From Eledone cirrhosa (lineage: Eukaryota): a stretch of 64,000 nt of DNA. The stretch lies in the NCBI GenBank assembly GCA_964016885.1, contig OZ024743.1:124496001-124560000 (forward strand). Direction: 5' to 3'. Positions within the stretch are counted from its first letter, which is position 1. The number at the start of each line of letters is the position of its first letter. Position numbers and translations under genes: made by a program. Below, in pieces: positions 29,015 to 45,186 of the stretch. The notes beneath the pieces were generated by a model. It worked only from the letters and a program-made list of their open reading frames with translations, did no database searches and was not told the DNA's origin.

Positions 29015-29638
29015 GTCAGGTCACCAGTTGGTGCTACTGGTAACATGTATCCCAGTACAACCTGTCTCATGGTCGGGTCGTTGGCGACTAAACTGGAAAC
29101 CCCACCAAGGTTTCTTGGTGAGGAGGGTGACTTTGGACATCTTGCAGGACTAAAAACAAAACCTGTCAAAGGGCAAAGGAGCTCTTAAGAGTCAATGGCC
29201 ATCCAAAATCACCGGGAGATATGACCCCTTAGCCTTTGTCAAGGCAGAATTCTAGGAGAAGGAAAACTCTGATATAACACCTGCAACCCTGATGGTATCC
29301 AATGATGTTGACTTGTTATTCTTTTTGGTAAATATCATCTTGGTTAAGAGAGTGGGACTGGCTTTGTGCAGTGCCTTTGCTCACTATAAAAGCTTCACGG
29401 CACAGGCATTGCTTTGTATCTGGAGATCTCTCTGCACTTGTCGTTACATGGTACCATGGGCCCAGCACTATGTGTCAATAATTGTCACAAGTGTAGTGTT
29501 TGTACGATAGTTTTCAAGTCGCTGGCTGACTAAAAAGCCACACTCGTTCAGCGCATCGGTAGGGGTTCTCCTACATGGATATAAAGTAGTGGCCGTACTC
29601 GAAAACGAGTTGGCAGCCACCATGTATGTATGTATGTA
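29015..29638 (+). mobile_element. ~610-bp non-autonomous RTE-related element in (GTAT)n
   Basis: Near-identical inverted copy at 30652-31262; RTE-5'UTR-like ggagaaggaaaactctgat; 3' tail resembles the adjacent RTE tail. Confidence 0.75.
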
Positions 29639-29667
29639 TAAATATATATATATATATATATATATAC

Positions 29668-29827
29668 ATACATGATGGCTGCGCCCTCGTTATCGAGTAT
29701 GGCCATTGCACGAGAAAAAAAAAAAAATATATATATATACCTATATATATACACATATACACACACAAATACATACATACATATATATATACATACATAT
29801 ATACATACACACACATATATTAATAAC

Positions 29828-29892
<65 letters not shown>

Positions 29893-29969
29893 CAATAATA
29901 ATAACGACAACAACAACAATAATAATATACATATATATATATACACACGCGGACACACATAAACATATC

Positions 29970-30018
<49 letters not shown>

Positions 30019-30558
30019 TAACAACTAACAGCGCTGCGATCGAATGTGTCTTTTTAGCCCAGCCAATGATCTAAAATGTCTTGCACAGAGTCGGCAACCA
30101 AAACATTCACTGGGAATAGCCGGCTGTGGTTGGAGTTCATGTACTTTTGCATGTCGCTTGAGCCCTCCTGCTGATTTACATTCTCTACCACATGCTTGGC
30201 AAGCATGATGAGTAGCATCTCCAACAGCAGCCTGGTAGTCAACCACTGGTCTTACTTTATGACTGCGAAGATGACTTTCGAGTCCAGCTTTGCTTAAGCA
30301 GAGTCTCGCACAGACGCTGCATGTCAGCACCATAGGAGGACCCTCGCCGTCTGGAAGTGCAACAGCAATGCCCTTCCTCACATCCCGCTTTACTTTCTCG
30401 TATGCGATTCGAGATGCCTCAAAGGCAACTTTTCCCTCGTATACAGTCTTTCCCCATTTATTACGATCAGCAGCAATATTTTCCTACGTATCAGCAGAGA
30501 TGTTAGCGTCTTTCAAAGAGGCTTTCAAGGAATCCATATACCTCTTTTTTGGTAATAT
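29668..30558 (-). mobile_element. RTE LINE 3' end encoding three C2H2 zinc fingers; 3' UTR split by microsatellites
   Basis: PKKRYMDSLKASLK...AADRNKW...CSVCARLCLSKAGLESHLRSH / CQACGRECKSAGGLKRHAKVH / CRLCARHFRSLAGLKRHIRS; tail at 29668-29713. Confidence 0.82.
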
Positions 30559-30651
30559 ACATACATACATACCTACATACATACATACATACATACATAC
30601 ATACATACATACATACATACATACATACATACATACATACATACATACATA

Positions 30652-31262
30652 CATGGTGGCTGCCAACTCGTTTTCGAGTACGGCCACTACTTTATATCCA
30701 TGTAGGAGAACCCCCACCGATGCGCTGAACGTGTGTGACTTTTTAGTCCAGCCAGCGACTTGAAAACTCTGGTACAAACACTACATCTGTGACAATTATT
30801 GACACATAGTGCTGGGCCCATGGTACCATGTAACGACAAGTGCAGAGAGATCTCCAGATACAAAGCAATGCCTGTGCCGTGAAGCTTTTATAGTGAGCAA
30901 AGGCACTGCACAAAGCCAGTCCCACTATCTTAACCAAGATGATATTTGCCAAAAAGAATAACAAGTCAACATCATTGGATACCATCAGGGTTGCAGGTGT
31001 TATATCAGAGTTTTCCTTCTCCTAGAATTCTGCCTTGACAAAGGCTAAGGGGTCATATCTCCCGGTGATTTTGAATGGCCATTGACTCTTAAGAGCTCCT
31101 TTGCCCTTTGACAGGTTTTATTTTTAGTCCTGCAGGATGTCCAAAGTCACCCTCCTCACCAAGAAACCTTGGTGGGGTTTCCAGTTTAGTCGCCAACGAC
31201 CCGACCAGGAGACAGGTTGTACTGGGATACATGTTACCAGTAGCACCAACTGGTGACCTGAC
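30652..31262 (-). mobile_element. Second copy of the ~610-bp RTE-related element
   Basis: Reverse complement of 29015-29624 with few substitutions; (TACA)n on both sides. Confidence 0.75.
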
Positions 31263-31283
31263 ATACATACATACATACATACA

Positions 31284-31391
<108 letters not shown>

Positions 31392-31574
31392 ATTCAACCC
31401 TAATAATTCAGCCTATCTAGAGGTGAATAACCAGACGACACTTCAGTACTTGTACATGTCACTGTTGTAACTATTTATACTTAACTTATCTTATGAACTG
31501 TGTGCTCTAACCCTTGGACATTTCTACCAAACTTGTACTACACTAAAAATATACACACACACACACATATATAT

Positions 31575-32752
31575 ACAAAAATGGAATGTCCCACGCAGAC
31601 TATGCAATATGGAGCTGCTCCATATTTTAAAATTTAATAAAAGGCTGCTTAATAAGAAGATAGAGCGAACAATCTTCTGTAGGCACAAAGCAGCCACCAA
31701 ATCCACCGCAACTTCAAACCGCAACCAGCATAATTCGATCCAGCAATCTCGGTATTCAGTCAGAACCACTCGGATTTAAATATACTAACCTCACACCACT
31801 CCACTGTTATTAGCTGTCAACTAACCAACGGGTCATTAAATCAACATCGTGAATCCCCCAACCTTTCTTTCCCCTTCTCTCTATAGTTGCATCACCTCCA
31901 TTAAAATAAATCAGCCAATTTACACAACCTCAATCACCTATATATCACCACTGTCCCTTTCACTTTTTATTCTCTATTTATCTATTCTCCGATCCTTTTT
32001 GTCTCATCGTGGAATCCTTACTTTTTACTCTCTATCTCTTGTTCTTTATCTCTTTCTCTCTTATTGTTTATTTTAATCCTTTAATATTTTTATTTCGTCA
32101 ATTCATAAACTCAATATATTATATTAATACGCCGTCCACTCACCAACATTTTCGTATATCGTATTTCTTCTCATGTTATTGTTATCATTACTATCATCAC
32201 TATTTTACACATCCACTTACTCACCATTATAACTTCATCTACCACCACCACTACTACTATTATCAATAACCGTATTTTTTATCTTTTTATTATTTTTATT
32301 TTTTAAATATTTTTTATCATTTCATAATTTTTTCTATTATAGATGGTATTGTTTTCATTTACTTGATTCTCCGATGTATCTATAAATACCAGTGCCCTGT
32401 GTTACATCCTTCAGTATTCCGATGATTTGATCAGAGACACACACTGTATTTAAGGTCGAGTGACGCAATTTCTAGCGATTAGCGGCCTTTAGACTCACCT
32501 TATCAATGAAACAATTGTTAATACTGTAAATAAAACCCTTTTTGTACAGCCAACCATGTTATTCTTCACTCTTCCACTACTATTACTCCAAGAATCAGCA
32601 GCATAGGTATTCTCGTAAACTCGCTTCCTAACTAAGGAAACCTCTTGATGAGTCAAACAAAGCCGTACGTTAAAACTATCCACAATAGAGAGTACTCACA
32701 ACCTGTAACTGGATTACCTTAAACGATAACCTGTTATCCTATATAATGATAT
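31575..32752 (+). mobile_element. 3' part of a Naiad-like PLE with extended HHR at 32412-32526
   Basis: KNGMSH/RLCNMELLHILKFNKRLLNKKIERTIFCRHK is homologous to 39330-39460; cagtatt-CCGATGA-[82 nt]-GAAAC-aatt-GTT-aatactg. Confidence 0.8.
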
Positions 32753-32816
32753 TAATAAAGATGTTGATATTAAAGTTATTATTATACTGAATCTCCATCG
32801 TAACTACAAACTGCGA

Positions 32817-32875
32817 GTGTTGAGAGCTTTCTCCTGGCTGCTCCTGTTTTTACCAAAACAATCTCTTCGGAACAC
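32817..32875 (-). ncRNA. HHR-like motif (U4C variant)
   Basis: gtgtt-CCGAAGA-..tgtttt/aaaaca..-GAAAG-ct-CTC-aacac; stem II base is irregular. Confidence 0.55.
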
Positions 32876-32981
32876 AATATATGTATATATATATATTGTA
32901 TAAACAATGTTTCATACTTAACATGCATGTTCGACCATTGGTTTGTCCGCGTGCCCGGACACACACACACACATGTGTATA

Positions 32982-33069
<88 letters not shown>

Positions 33070-33278
33070 CATATATACATATATATATATACATATATAT
33101 ATATATACATATATATATACATATATACATATATACATATATATATATACATATATACATATATACATATATATATATACATATATATATATACATATAT
33201 ACATATATATATATACATATATACATATATACATATATACATATATATATATACATATATACATATATACATATATAC

Positions 33279-33318
<40 letters not shown>

Positions 33319-33326
33319 ATATATAC

Positions 33327-33393
<67 letters not shown>

Positions 33394-33542
33394 CATATAT
33401 ATATACATATATACATATATATATACATATATATATATATACATATATATATACATATATACATATATATATATATACATATATACATATATACATATAT
33501 ATATATACATATATATATATACATATATATATACATATATGC

Positions 33543-33581
<39 letters not shown>

Positions 33582-33756
33582 CATATATGTATATATATAT
33601 ACATATATATATATATATACATATATGTATATATATATACATATATATATATACATATATTTATATATATACATATATATATATATACACATATATATAT
33701 ACATATATATATACATATATATATATGTATACATATATATGTATATATGTATATAC

Positions 33757-33787
<31 letters not shown>

Positions 33788-33821
33788 CATATTATGTATA
33801 TACATATATATATATATATAT

Positions 33822-33888
<67 letters not shown>

Positions 33889-33893
33889 TATAC

Positions 33894-33924
<31 letters not shown>

Positions 33925-34052
33925 CACACATATATATATATATACACACATATATATATATATACATATATATATAGATATATATACATATATATTTATA
34001 TATATATATCTATATATATATATACATATATATATAGATATATATACATATA

Positions 34053-34102
<50 letters not shown>

Positions 34103-34125
34103 CACACATATATATATATACACAC

Positions 34126-34182
<57 letters not shown>

Positions 34183-34204
34183 TGTATATATATATATATG
34201 TGTG

Positions 34205-34235
<31 letters not shown>

Positions 34236-34323
34236 GTATATATATGTATATATATATATATATATACATATATATATACACATATATATATATATACATA
34301 TATATATATACATATATACATAT

Positions 34324-34392
<69 letters not shown>

Positions 34393-34394
34393 TA

Positions 34395-35470
34395 CTCTTT
34401 TACTCTTTTACCTGTTTCAACCATCCGGCTGAGGCCATACTGGGGCACCGCCCTTGTTGCTACACATTTCATCTCCAGCCTGTATTGGTTTGCCACTGGT
34501 GTAAGAGGAATTTCCTTGGTGTTGCCCTTAGGTTTCCCTGCTGTGGCCTCATCCGGGATCCTGGATAGCAAGTTGTCGAGATGTTTCTTGAAAACATCTA
34601 GCTCCACACCGTGCATATCTCTCAAATCCCTTCACAGCTTGTTGAAGAGTTGAGGGCTCTTTAACCCCAGACTATTGCAATATATTCTCCTTATTCTAGA
34701 TGTGGAAGACGGGACCTTTGGCACCACACAGTGACGTCCTGTTCGTGGGTTGGTCCAGCTCCCAATGCCAAAGTTTGGTGCTAGTCCCTCCAGCATTTTC
34801 CACATGTATATCACTGCGTATCTCTCCCGTCTTCGTTCCAAGGTGTAGAGTTTCAGTTCTTTAGCCTCTCCCACTAGCTCATCTCCTTCATCGTCGCAAT
34901 CCTCTTGGTGTAGCTTCGTTGGATTGTCTCAAGTTCCGTGGTTAGTTTGAAACTATGTGGTGACCATAGTTGGGAGCAATAGTCCAGGCGGCTTAGGACA
35001 AATGTCCTCCATAGTCTCAACATGGTCTCTCGGTCTCTCGTCCGGAAAGTCCTCAAGATCCAGTCAGCGAGTCGTCTGCACATTGTCGCCACTTTCATGA
35101 TGTGTAAGGAAAAAGATGCATCGTCGCTCATGTCTATACCCAGGTCTCGTATCGATTTCGACACGGGAATTTCGGTCCCTCCTGGTCCAGTGTTGTACTG
35201 TATTTGTGTTTGCAGGTTTGTATTGTAGGACTTCAAATTTGCCAGCATTAAACTGCATGTTGTCTTCCGCCCATTTGTATATGGCATCCAGATCTTTTTG
35301 TAAAAGGGCAGCTACAGCCGGGGTTTTGATTGCCTGTGCTACCTTAGTGTCATCAGCATAGCTAGTGAGGGATGTTGTATGTACTACAGAGGGCATGTCT
35401 AAGAGAGCCACCAAAAACAGTAGTGGTCCTAAGACTGTGCCTTGGGGCACCCCACTTGTTATTGATGTTT
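34395..35470 (-). mobile_element. CR1-type LINE 3' portion (RT C-terminus + 3' tail), frameshifted
   Basis: GVPQGTVLGPLLFL, YADDTK, LQKDLDAIYKW, RDLGI, RLDYCSQLWSP, LYTLERRRERY; tail ggcggtgccccagtatggcc...gtaaaagagtaaaagag. Confidence 0.9.
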
Positions 35471-35494
35471 ACTTTGATGTTTCCTTATATATAT

Positions 35495-35668
35495 ATGTAA
35501 AAGGTAAACAGAAATAACAACACAATCGGTACAGTATATGGAAGGGATATATTAGGTTAACGTTTCATATAGCAGGAAGAGGGTCCTAACATTTCGGACG
35601 CTAGTCCTTCATCAGAAGAAAGAATGAGAAATTAGATAGATTGAGGGGACGGGTGGGTTGGAATTGGA
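35495..35668 (-). mobile_element. pLTR fragment with HHR; inverted partner at 37695-37865 (plus)
   Basis: Consensus tctt-CTGANGA-a-ggac/gtcc-GAAAC-GTT-aaga; each copy carries a different substitution. Confidence 0.7.
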
Positions 35669-35721
35669 AAAGATGTCTTTAGATAAAAATAACAGGTCCA
35701 TTCATGTTGATATCTCTTGCA

Positions 35722-35762
<41 letters not shown>

Positions 35763-35805
35763 AAAATAAACAAAGAAGCCTTCAATACATCAAAAGTCTT
35801 TATTA

Positions 35806-35846
35806 GCCGACAATGTTTCGTCCTATCAATAAGGACTCATCAGGGC
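35806..35846 (-). ncRNA. Canonical minimal HHR in an element (~35760-36176) with 5' fold-back
   Basis: gcc-CTGATGA-gtcct/aggac-GAAAC-att-GTC-ggc; hairpin junction at 36039-36176. Confidence 0.9.
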
Positions 35847-36419
35847 AAGTAAAGATACACGAAGCATTAACGGCCAGTACAAGCCAAAACTCAGAAGAAT
35901 AGGGAGTTTACATCTATTAAAGCTTAGGAAAGATGTCAAGGAAAAATATGCTAAGGTTAAAGGTGAGGATCTACAAATATAGACCAAATAGCAAGAAAGC
36001 GAATAACATGTTGAACCTACATTGAAAATACTGTATAATACAAAAACTTGAAATACAACGTGGTAATATAATGCTAGAATTACAATATGTCAACATGGTA
36101 ATATAATGCTAGAATTACAATATGTCATATTGTAATTCTAGCATTATATTACCATGTTGTATTTCAAGTTTTTGTAAACCTAAACAGCATTGTTATTGTA
36201 GTCCGATAGATAAAACATGGAGCTACATGTTTTCCCGTTTGTTTTCACATTTTTGTATTTGTTTTTGCTTTTTGTTTTTTTTTTCACAGGAAGCCTAGGA
36301 CGCTTAGATGCTCAAGTCCTTATTCCTGATTAATTATTTACTATAACATAAGGTACAATGATGTTATATTTTATTTCAATTCTTCAAAACACAGTATTGC
36401 CTTTGATATGTCAACATCA

Positions 36420-36680
36420 TTTATGGCTCTTCCAGCGCATCTCCCTTGCCATCTCATGGGGAAACGCCTTCGCCATTTTGTCCGCCGAGGTATGGGGCGG
36501 TCAGCACGTGGGACCCCATTTGCTCACTATACAGAGAAATGGAGAGGGTGAGAGAGATTGGGGCGATGACGGTGGCAGTTCGGCTCTTCCGTGTTCGGAC
36601 ACAATGTACCTGTCAACAGTGTATTTTCATATTTACTCAGTCTTATAGTTTTATTTGTCTTTTACTATTCAAATAAATTT
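36420..36680 (+). mobile_element. Short 3' fragment of a CRE-like RLE non-LTR element
   Basis: WLFQRISLAISWGNAFAILS resembles the QRLSxAIQRGNA C-terminal motif; AATAAA near 36672. Confidence 0.55.
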
Positions 36681-36914
36681 GTTTTTCTGTTTGTGAGTGT
36701 AGCTGTTCCCATAACTATGGATATATCTGAGAGAACAAAAACAAACAATAAAGTATCCACCATATTTACTCGGGGCAATCTGAAATTTTAACTTTTACGT
36801 TAGAGAGTACCATTGGTAGCCACAACTAGACACCTCTCGCATACATATGTCATTTATCCAATCTCCTACTTATCAAAACTACGATAAAATCACGTACATA
36901 TGGAAATTAGATAC

Positions 36915-36952
<38 letters not shown>

Positions 36953-36960
36953 CATACATA

Positions 36961-37027
<67 letters not shown>

Positions 37028-37039
37028 CATACATACATA

Positions 37040-37108
<69 letters not shown>

Positions 37109-37117
37109 CATACATAC

Positions 37118-37192
<75 letters not shown>

Positions 37193-37210
37193 TATATTAT
37201 ACATACATAC

Positions 37211-37273
<63 letters not shown>

Positions 37274-37290
37274 TATATTATACATACATT

Positions 37291-37351
<61 letters not shown>

Positions 37352-37593
37352 CACACACATATATAAATATTACATATATATATATTTACAGATTTATGTC
37401 TACATATATATAAATATTATATATATATATATAATATTTATTATATTTATACACATATATATATGTACATATATATGTATATATTATACACACATATATA
37501 TACATATATATATATTATACACACACATATATATATATATATACATATATATATATTATACACACACACATATATATATACATATATATATGC

Positions 37594-37655
<62 letters not shown>

Positions 37656-37892
37656 CATGAAAGACCTATTATTTTTATCTAAAGACAATTTTTTCAATTC
37701 CAACCCGCCCGTCCCTTCAATCGTTTTTATTTCTCATTCTTTCTTCTGACGAAGGACTAGCGTCCAAAACGTTAAGACCCTCTTCCTGCTATTTCAAGCG
37801 TTAACCTAATATATTCCTTCCACATACTGTACAGATTGTGTTGTTATTTCTGTTTACCTTTTACATACATATATATATACATGTAAATGTAT

Positions 37893-40434
<2,542 letters not shown>

Positions 40435-40461
40435 AGATATACAAAAGTATACACACACACA

Positions 40462-40504
<43 letters not shown>

Positions 40505-40587
40505 TAATATATATTTACTTAATTATTTCTATTATTCTATACATAAATCATTATTCTATACATAAATACATATATAATCTGTATATA

Positions 40588-40636
40588 CTTGTCTGATGAT
40601 CCTGTTAGTGAGCAGGTGAAACTCCAGAGTAACAAG
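40588..40636 (+). ncRNA. Type I HHR; truncated inverted relative at 43025-43105 and degenerate relative at ~17970-18020 (minus)
   Basis: cttgt-CTGATGA-t-cctgtt/agcagg-t-GAAAC-tc-ca-ga-GTA-acaag. Confidence 0.88.
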
Positions 40637-41137
40637 GTTCACTGCATAGCTATAATATATGTATGTGTGTGTGTGTGAATGCGTTTGTGTGTTTGTGTTT
40701 GTGTTCCTTTGTGTATTTATGTGTGTGTGTGTTTGTTTTATTTCTCTGAAATATATTTAGGTGACTTCGTACTTTATGTATACAAAACAAATCGCGCGTA
40801 GCAACTAAAGAGTATGAGACATCAACAACTAACTAGCAGTCTTTGGCCGTGTAGTGTATGGATATAAAATAACAAGAGACTACCACCACTAAACAACACA
40901 ATACCATCACCGTCAGTGGCACCTACGCCAAAAGAAAAGAGCACGTAGACCGTCAAAGTCTATATAATGACTCAGATTTTCTTGTGCGTGTCAGTGTGTT
41001 GGTGTGTGTTTTCCAGATACAGCGGACACAACATGTCGACACTAGGGACAAGTATAAAAATACAGTGTGCAATGTGAAACTAGATAAGGAATCCTTTCAC
41101 CAAGAATGGAGACTGCTATATATATATATATGGTAAT

Positions 41138-41318
41138 AATTGTTTCTACTTTTGGCAACAAGGCCAGCAATTACCCAGTGCATTACTGGTACTTTATTTT
41201 ATCGACCCCCCGTAAGGATGAAAGGCAAATTAACCTCGGGGGGATTTGAACTCAGAACGTAAAAGGCCATAACACTATGTTGTAAACCATGGTCTCTGAC
41301 GCTCTACCGATGCTGCCA
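41138..41318 (-). mobile_element. tRNA-derived SINE
   Basis: Main-family core and boxes. Confidence 0.85.
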
Positions 41319-41378
41319 AATATAATATAATATATAATATATATATATATATATATACTTTTGACCCTCCAAAAGTAT

Positions 41379-41417
<39 letters not shown>

Positions 41418-41443
41418 TACTTTGTAATATATGTAATATATAT

Positions 41444-41486
<43 letters not shown>

Positions 41487-41740
41487 ATATATATATAATA
41501 CATAATTCTATATAATATGTATATATAATACATATATATATAATATACATAATTCTATATAATGTATATATATAATACATATATATATATATAATAAATA
41601 TATAATACATATATATATATATAATACATATATATATATATAATAAATATATAATACACATATATATATAATACATATATATATATATAATAAATATATA
41701 ATACATATATATATATATAATATATATAAAATTATATATA

Positions 41741-42206
41741 CTAGCAGAAAAACCACCCTTCGGGTGGTTTTCTGCTAGTATGTGTAGTGTGTATATTGAT
41801 ATTTTACGCAAGTATATATACATGTAGACATCGTAATTGACAATATACACAGAAATTGAATGAAGACTGTGTTACACTGTCTTATGTAATCAGTAACGTA
41901 ATCCATGATACACAAAAAAAAAGACGATATTTTATATAAACTGCATTAGGAAAAAATTAGTGACGGAAATATATGAGTATTTATTTAAGCGATCGCCACC
42001 TGAAGTGTTAACATTTGAAAATTTTAAAGAAGTGAATCTTTAAATAAATAATAAAACATATTTAATGAACAACCACGAAATTTAGTAGATATATTATGTA
42101 ATATTCATTCATTATTTATTCAAAGTAATCCAACTTATTTTACTAAGGGGATAAAAAATTATAAACCGTACGTAATCCCGCGCTTCTTACTTTATTATAG
42201 TTTAGA
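41741..42206 (-). mobile_element. Non-autonomous Helitron (~466 bp)
   Basis: Minus strand begins A|TCTAAACTATAATAAAG and ends with hairpin ccacccgaagggtgg, a short spacer and CTAG|T. Confidence 0.7.
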
Positions 42207-42279
42207 TATCTCTCTATATATATTATATATATTATATATATATATATTATATATATATATCTATCATATATATATCTAT

Positions 42280-42310
<31 letters not shown>

Positions 42311-42569
42311 CTTAGACATATATGATGCAGATATGAGTTTGGCAACCATTCACGGTGTGGCTCAATGAAGAATTAATTAAGCAAATAATTAATAATCAGA
42401 GCTATATATAAAAATGTAAGTCCAAAGAACCATTAGATAAATTATATACAGTATTTCCTCTTCTAATCAGTATAAATCAACCACATAAAAAATCATTTAA
42501 ACGAGACTATAAGTTTAAAATGTACTTATGGTCCTTCGGACTTACATTCTTATATATTATATATATATG

Positions 42570-44768
42570 GTGAATTGGCAGTATCGGTAGAGGGTCGGAC
42601 GCCATGCTTTGACGCATAGAGTTACGGCCCTTGCCATTCTGAGTTCAAATCCCGCCGAGGTTAACTTTGCCTTTCATCCTTACGGGGTCGATAAAATAAA
42701 GTACCAGTGATGCACTGGGATAACCGCTGGCTTTGTGCCAAAAGTAGAAACAATTATATATATATTTATATATAATACATATATATATATATAATATATA
42801 TATATATAGTTTCTTATATAGGCACAAGGCCAGCAATTTGGGAGGAGGGGAAGTCGATTAAATCGACCCCAGTGCGTGACTGGTACTTTATTTTATCGAC
42901 CCCGTAAGGATGAAAGGCAAAGTTAACCTCGGCGGGATTTGAACTCAGATCACAAAGGGCTGTAACTCTATGTTGCAAAACATGGCATTCGATCCTCTAC
43001 CGATACTGCCAATCTATATATATAGCAGAATCATCAGACAAGTATATACAGATTATATATGTATTTATGTATAGAATAATAGAAATAATTAAGTAAATAT
43101 ATATTGCCAATATTATATATATATAATATTGGCAATATTGGTGGATTGGCAGTATCGGTAAGGGTCGGACGCCATGCTTTGAAGCATAGAGTTACCTCCC
43201 TTTATGATCTGAGTTCAAATCCCGCCGAGGTTAACTTTGCCTTTCATCCTTACGGGGTCGATAAAATAAAGTACCAGTAATACACTGGAATAATTGCTGG
43301 CCTTGTGCCAAAAGTAGAAACAATTATATATATATAATATATATATAGAGAGAGATATGTATATACATAATATATATAGAGAGAGAGATATGTATATACA
43401 TAATATATATATATATATATACATAATATGAGGGCTGTGGATTGGCAGTATCAGTAGAGGGTCGGACGCCATGCTTTGATGCAAAGAGTTACGTCCCTTT
43501 ACGATCTGAGTTCAAATCCCGCCGAGGTTAACTTTGCCTTTCGTCCTTACGGGGTCGATAAAATAAAGTACCAGTAATGCACTGTTTATTCGCTGGCCTT
43601 GTGCCAAAAGTAGAAACAATTATATATATATACATCTAATATATAGATATAATAAATATATATATATATATATATACATAATACATATATATATATGTGT
43701 GTGTGTGTGGGTGTGGGTGTGGGTGCGCACCTATATACACACACACTAGTAGAGTACACAGGGTTTATAGTAACAATTCCTTTATTACAATCACCCTCCC
43801 CCTTCCTGCGTCCACTTTCTTCTGCGTCACCGGAGCTCTTACCATCCCGTTCTTTTTCTTCTTTCTTTCTCTCCTTTTTTTTCTTTATATTTACCTATTC
43901 TTTCTTTCTTTTTGTTTCCCCACCTTTTTTTTTTTATTATTGCCGTCATTATAGTTGTTGGAAAGGAAAGTGAGAGTGGAGAGAGAAGTGCCTCCACCCC
44001 TGTACATTTACGAGACTGGCCCGTGTGAGTGAGCTTACTCTAACCATTCGCCTGTAGGCTAGTTGAGGAGGAGAGGGGTGCCCTCTACGGGTGTCCTAGA
44101 AGCGTCAGGATTGGTGGGGTATCTGAGTCGCCCCTGGGTGGTTCACTCCCCCCTATTGGGGAATTTATTTTGTTATGTTTATACAGAGTTTATTTTATAT
44201 TTTTCATTGTTCAATTGGTTTTGCTATTGTGTACTTATGCTCGAACTTATTGTAAATCTCCACAGTCCGTGTCTTTGTATTGTCGCTTACATGTCGGCCC
44301 TTGTGGCCAATTAGTAAAATCATTATTATTATTATTGTTGTTGTTGTTGTTGTTAGGGTGGTGGATTGGCAGTATCAGTAGAGGGTCGGATGATATGCTT
44401 TGCAGCATAGAGTTACGGCACTTTATGATCTGAGTTCAAATCCCGCCGAGGTTAACTTTGACTTTCATCCTTACGGGGTCGATAAAATAAAGTACCAGTC
44501 ACGAACTGGGGTAGATTTAGTCGACTTACCCCCCCACCCCCCTCCCAAATTACTGACCTTGTGGCTATATAAGAAATCATTAAAGTGGCTTGGCAGTATC
44601 GGTAGAGGGTTGGACACCATGCTTTATAGCATAGAGTTACGTCCCTTTACAGTCTGAGTTCAAATCCCGCCGAGGTTGACTTTGCCTTTCATCCTTACGG
44701 GGTCGATAAAATAAAGTACCAGTAATGTACTGGGAAATTGCTGGCCTTGTGCCAAAAGTAGAAACAAT
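42570..44768. mobile_element. Cluster of six tRNA-derived SINEs (42570+, 42810-, 43141+, 43437+, 44359+, 44585+)
   Basis: Each has ttggcagtatc.gta...gagttcaaatcccgccgagg..aactttg.cttt..tccttacggggtcgataaaataaagtaccag. Confidence 0.9.
43935..44325 (+). mobile_element. Tx1/L1-like LINE 3' end
   Basis: LERKVRVERE..LARVSEL followed by a T-rich UTR ending ggcccttgtggccaat and (TTA)n; family recalled from memory only. Confidence 0.45.
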
Positions 44769-45143
44769 TATTATTGTTACTGTAAATAATATCATGTTCT
44801 ACAATTAACCGGTGTCAAAGGAAATAAAAATAGCAACCCCCCCGCCGCCGCCCATCCCTTTACTACTAACACAGATATAATGTTATCAAACGATTATTGT
44901 TAACATTAGTGGATCCTAAACACGATCATGGTATTTCTTTTATGTTTTCCTCTTAATGTAATCAACTGGGTACTGTTATATATAAGTCAGTCACAAAGTG
45001 ATCACAATCCACGAGGCCCTCGCTGTTATGTAAAGGAGGTGGAACCTTCCAGTTTTCCATGATCTTCCACTTGTTACTCCGGCCAGCGTCGTACATCATT
45101 TTCAACTCATTAAACATCAACCACAAGGATTTTCTCACACATT

Positions 45144-45186
<43 letters not shown>

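Noticed and set aside
32782-34653. Long ORFs rich in Y/I/H/T/V/C/M (up to 590 aa) here and throughout the track
   Set aside because: Stop-free translations of (TA)n/(CA)n/(TACA)n microsatellites, open in several frames on both strands.
44962-45140. Unique, more GC-rich stretch with an open minus frame
   Set aside because: No splice signals or recognisable protein; needs BLASTX or RNA-seq.
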